Of a stretch of DNA of 36,388 bases, positions 36,001-36,388 are shown one piece after another (within the stretch, counting starts at the first letter, position 1; every line of letters begins with the position of its first letter). The DNA is from Jimgerdemannia flammicorona (taxonomy: Eukaryota), in the NCBI GenBank assembly GCA_003990765.1, contig RBNJ01000222.1:1-36388 (forward strand), in the 5' to 3' direction. The notes under the pieces are model-generated. The model was not told the origin of the DNA. It worked only from the letters and a program-made list of their open reading frames with translations, and did no database searches. The position numbers and the translations under genes are program-made.

Positions 36001-36388
36001 CCTGTGGCCTGAAGCCTGGCAGAGGGTTGGAATCGGGGAAGAGTGGGATTAGAACAGGCTCTGGCTTTGGAACAAAAGGGTGAGCTCTGGCTTTGGAGCA
36101 AAAGGGTGAGGCAGTGGCTGCCCTCCAAGTTCTGGTTGGCGTGGTGGCGGGTCCTACGGCGGAATGTGATGCTGAACTATCAGTCTGGTCACTTGGTGGA
36201 CGGTGGGGTATTCGAGTGTGAGGATTGCTTCAATGTTGGTCAGGAGGGAGGAGTGGTTCAAACGCCTGAACATTGGCTTGGAGAATGCAAGGTTTTGGGG
36301 GAATTTTGGAGATGTATAATGGACAGGTTAGGGTTGGGGGCTGGGAGAGGGGAGGGCTGGGGGAGATGGGGAGAACTTTTCCTGCGAT
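33023..36388 (+). pseudogene. LINE ORF2: APE endonuclease, reverse transcriptase and CCHC finger; disrupted; runs off the window
   Basis: SLNINGL, GGDFN, SRID, SDH; APGEDG, FLDQEKAYD, GVPQGDPL, FADD; CEDC-x14-H-x4-C (36217-36288). Frameshift near 33215 and many stops. Confidence 0.95.
36058..36109 (+). repeat. 26-bp tandem duplication that frameshifts LINE ORF2
   Basis: GCTCTGGCTTTGGA(A/G)CAAAAGGGTGA twice. Confidence 0.9.

Overview
This is a eukaryotic transposon cluster with no recognisable host gene. The host is probably fungal; the element types suggest an early-diverging lineage, but the sequence alone does not prove it. Main contents: (i) a full-length Ty3/Gypsy LTR retrotransposon (8222-14913; 468/467-bp LTRs, GTAG TSD) with an unusual layout: gag-PR-Cys/His domain-dUTPase-RT-RNaseH in one frame, a separate integrase ORF, and an accessory ORF3; two more-decayed relatives lie at 22776-29172 and about 17490-18430. 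(ii) A chromodomain-Gypsy family with about 1.5-kb LTRs: an internally deleted copy with a TATAG TSD and two hAT-like MITEs (2087-5698), an LTR variant carrying an ORF that resembles ORF3 (115-1668), and a further copy from 29173. (iii) An apparently endonuclease-less, two-ORF Penelope-like element with direct and inverted pseudo-LTRs (18426-22775, minus strand). (iv) L1/Tx1-clade LINEs: a near-complete one from about 31000, a decayed one at about 5700-15200, and small truncated pieces. All repeats show graded C>T/G>A hypermutation. The best novelty candidates are the shared accessory-protein family, the conserved split of integrase from pol in a dUTPase-bearing Gypsy, and the endonuclease-less Penelope-like element joining non-contiguous DNA. 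All alignments were done by eye.
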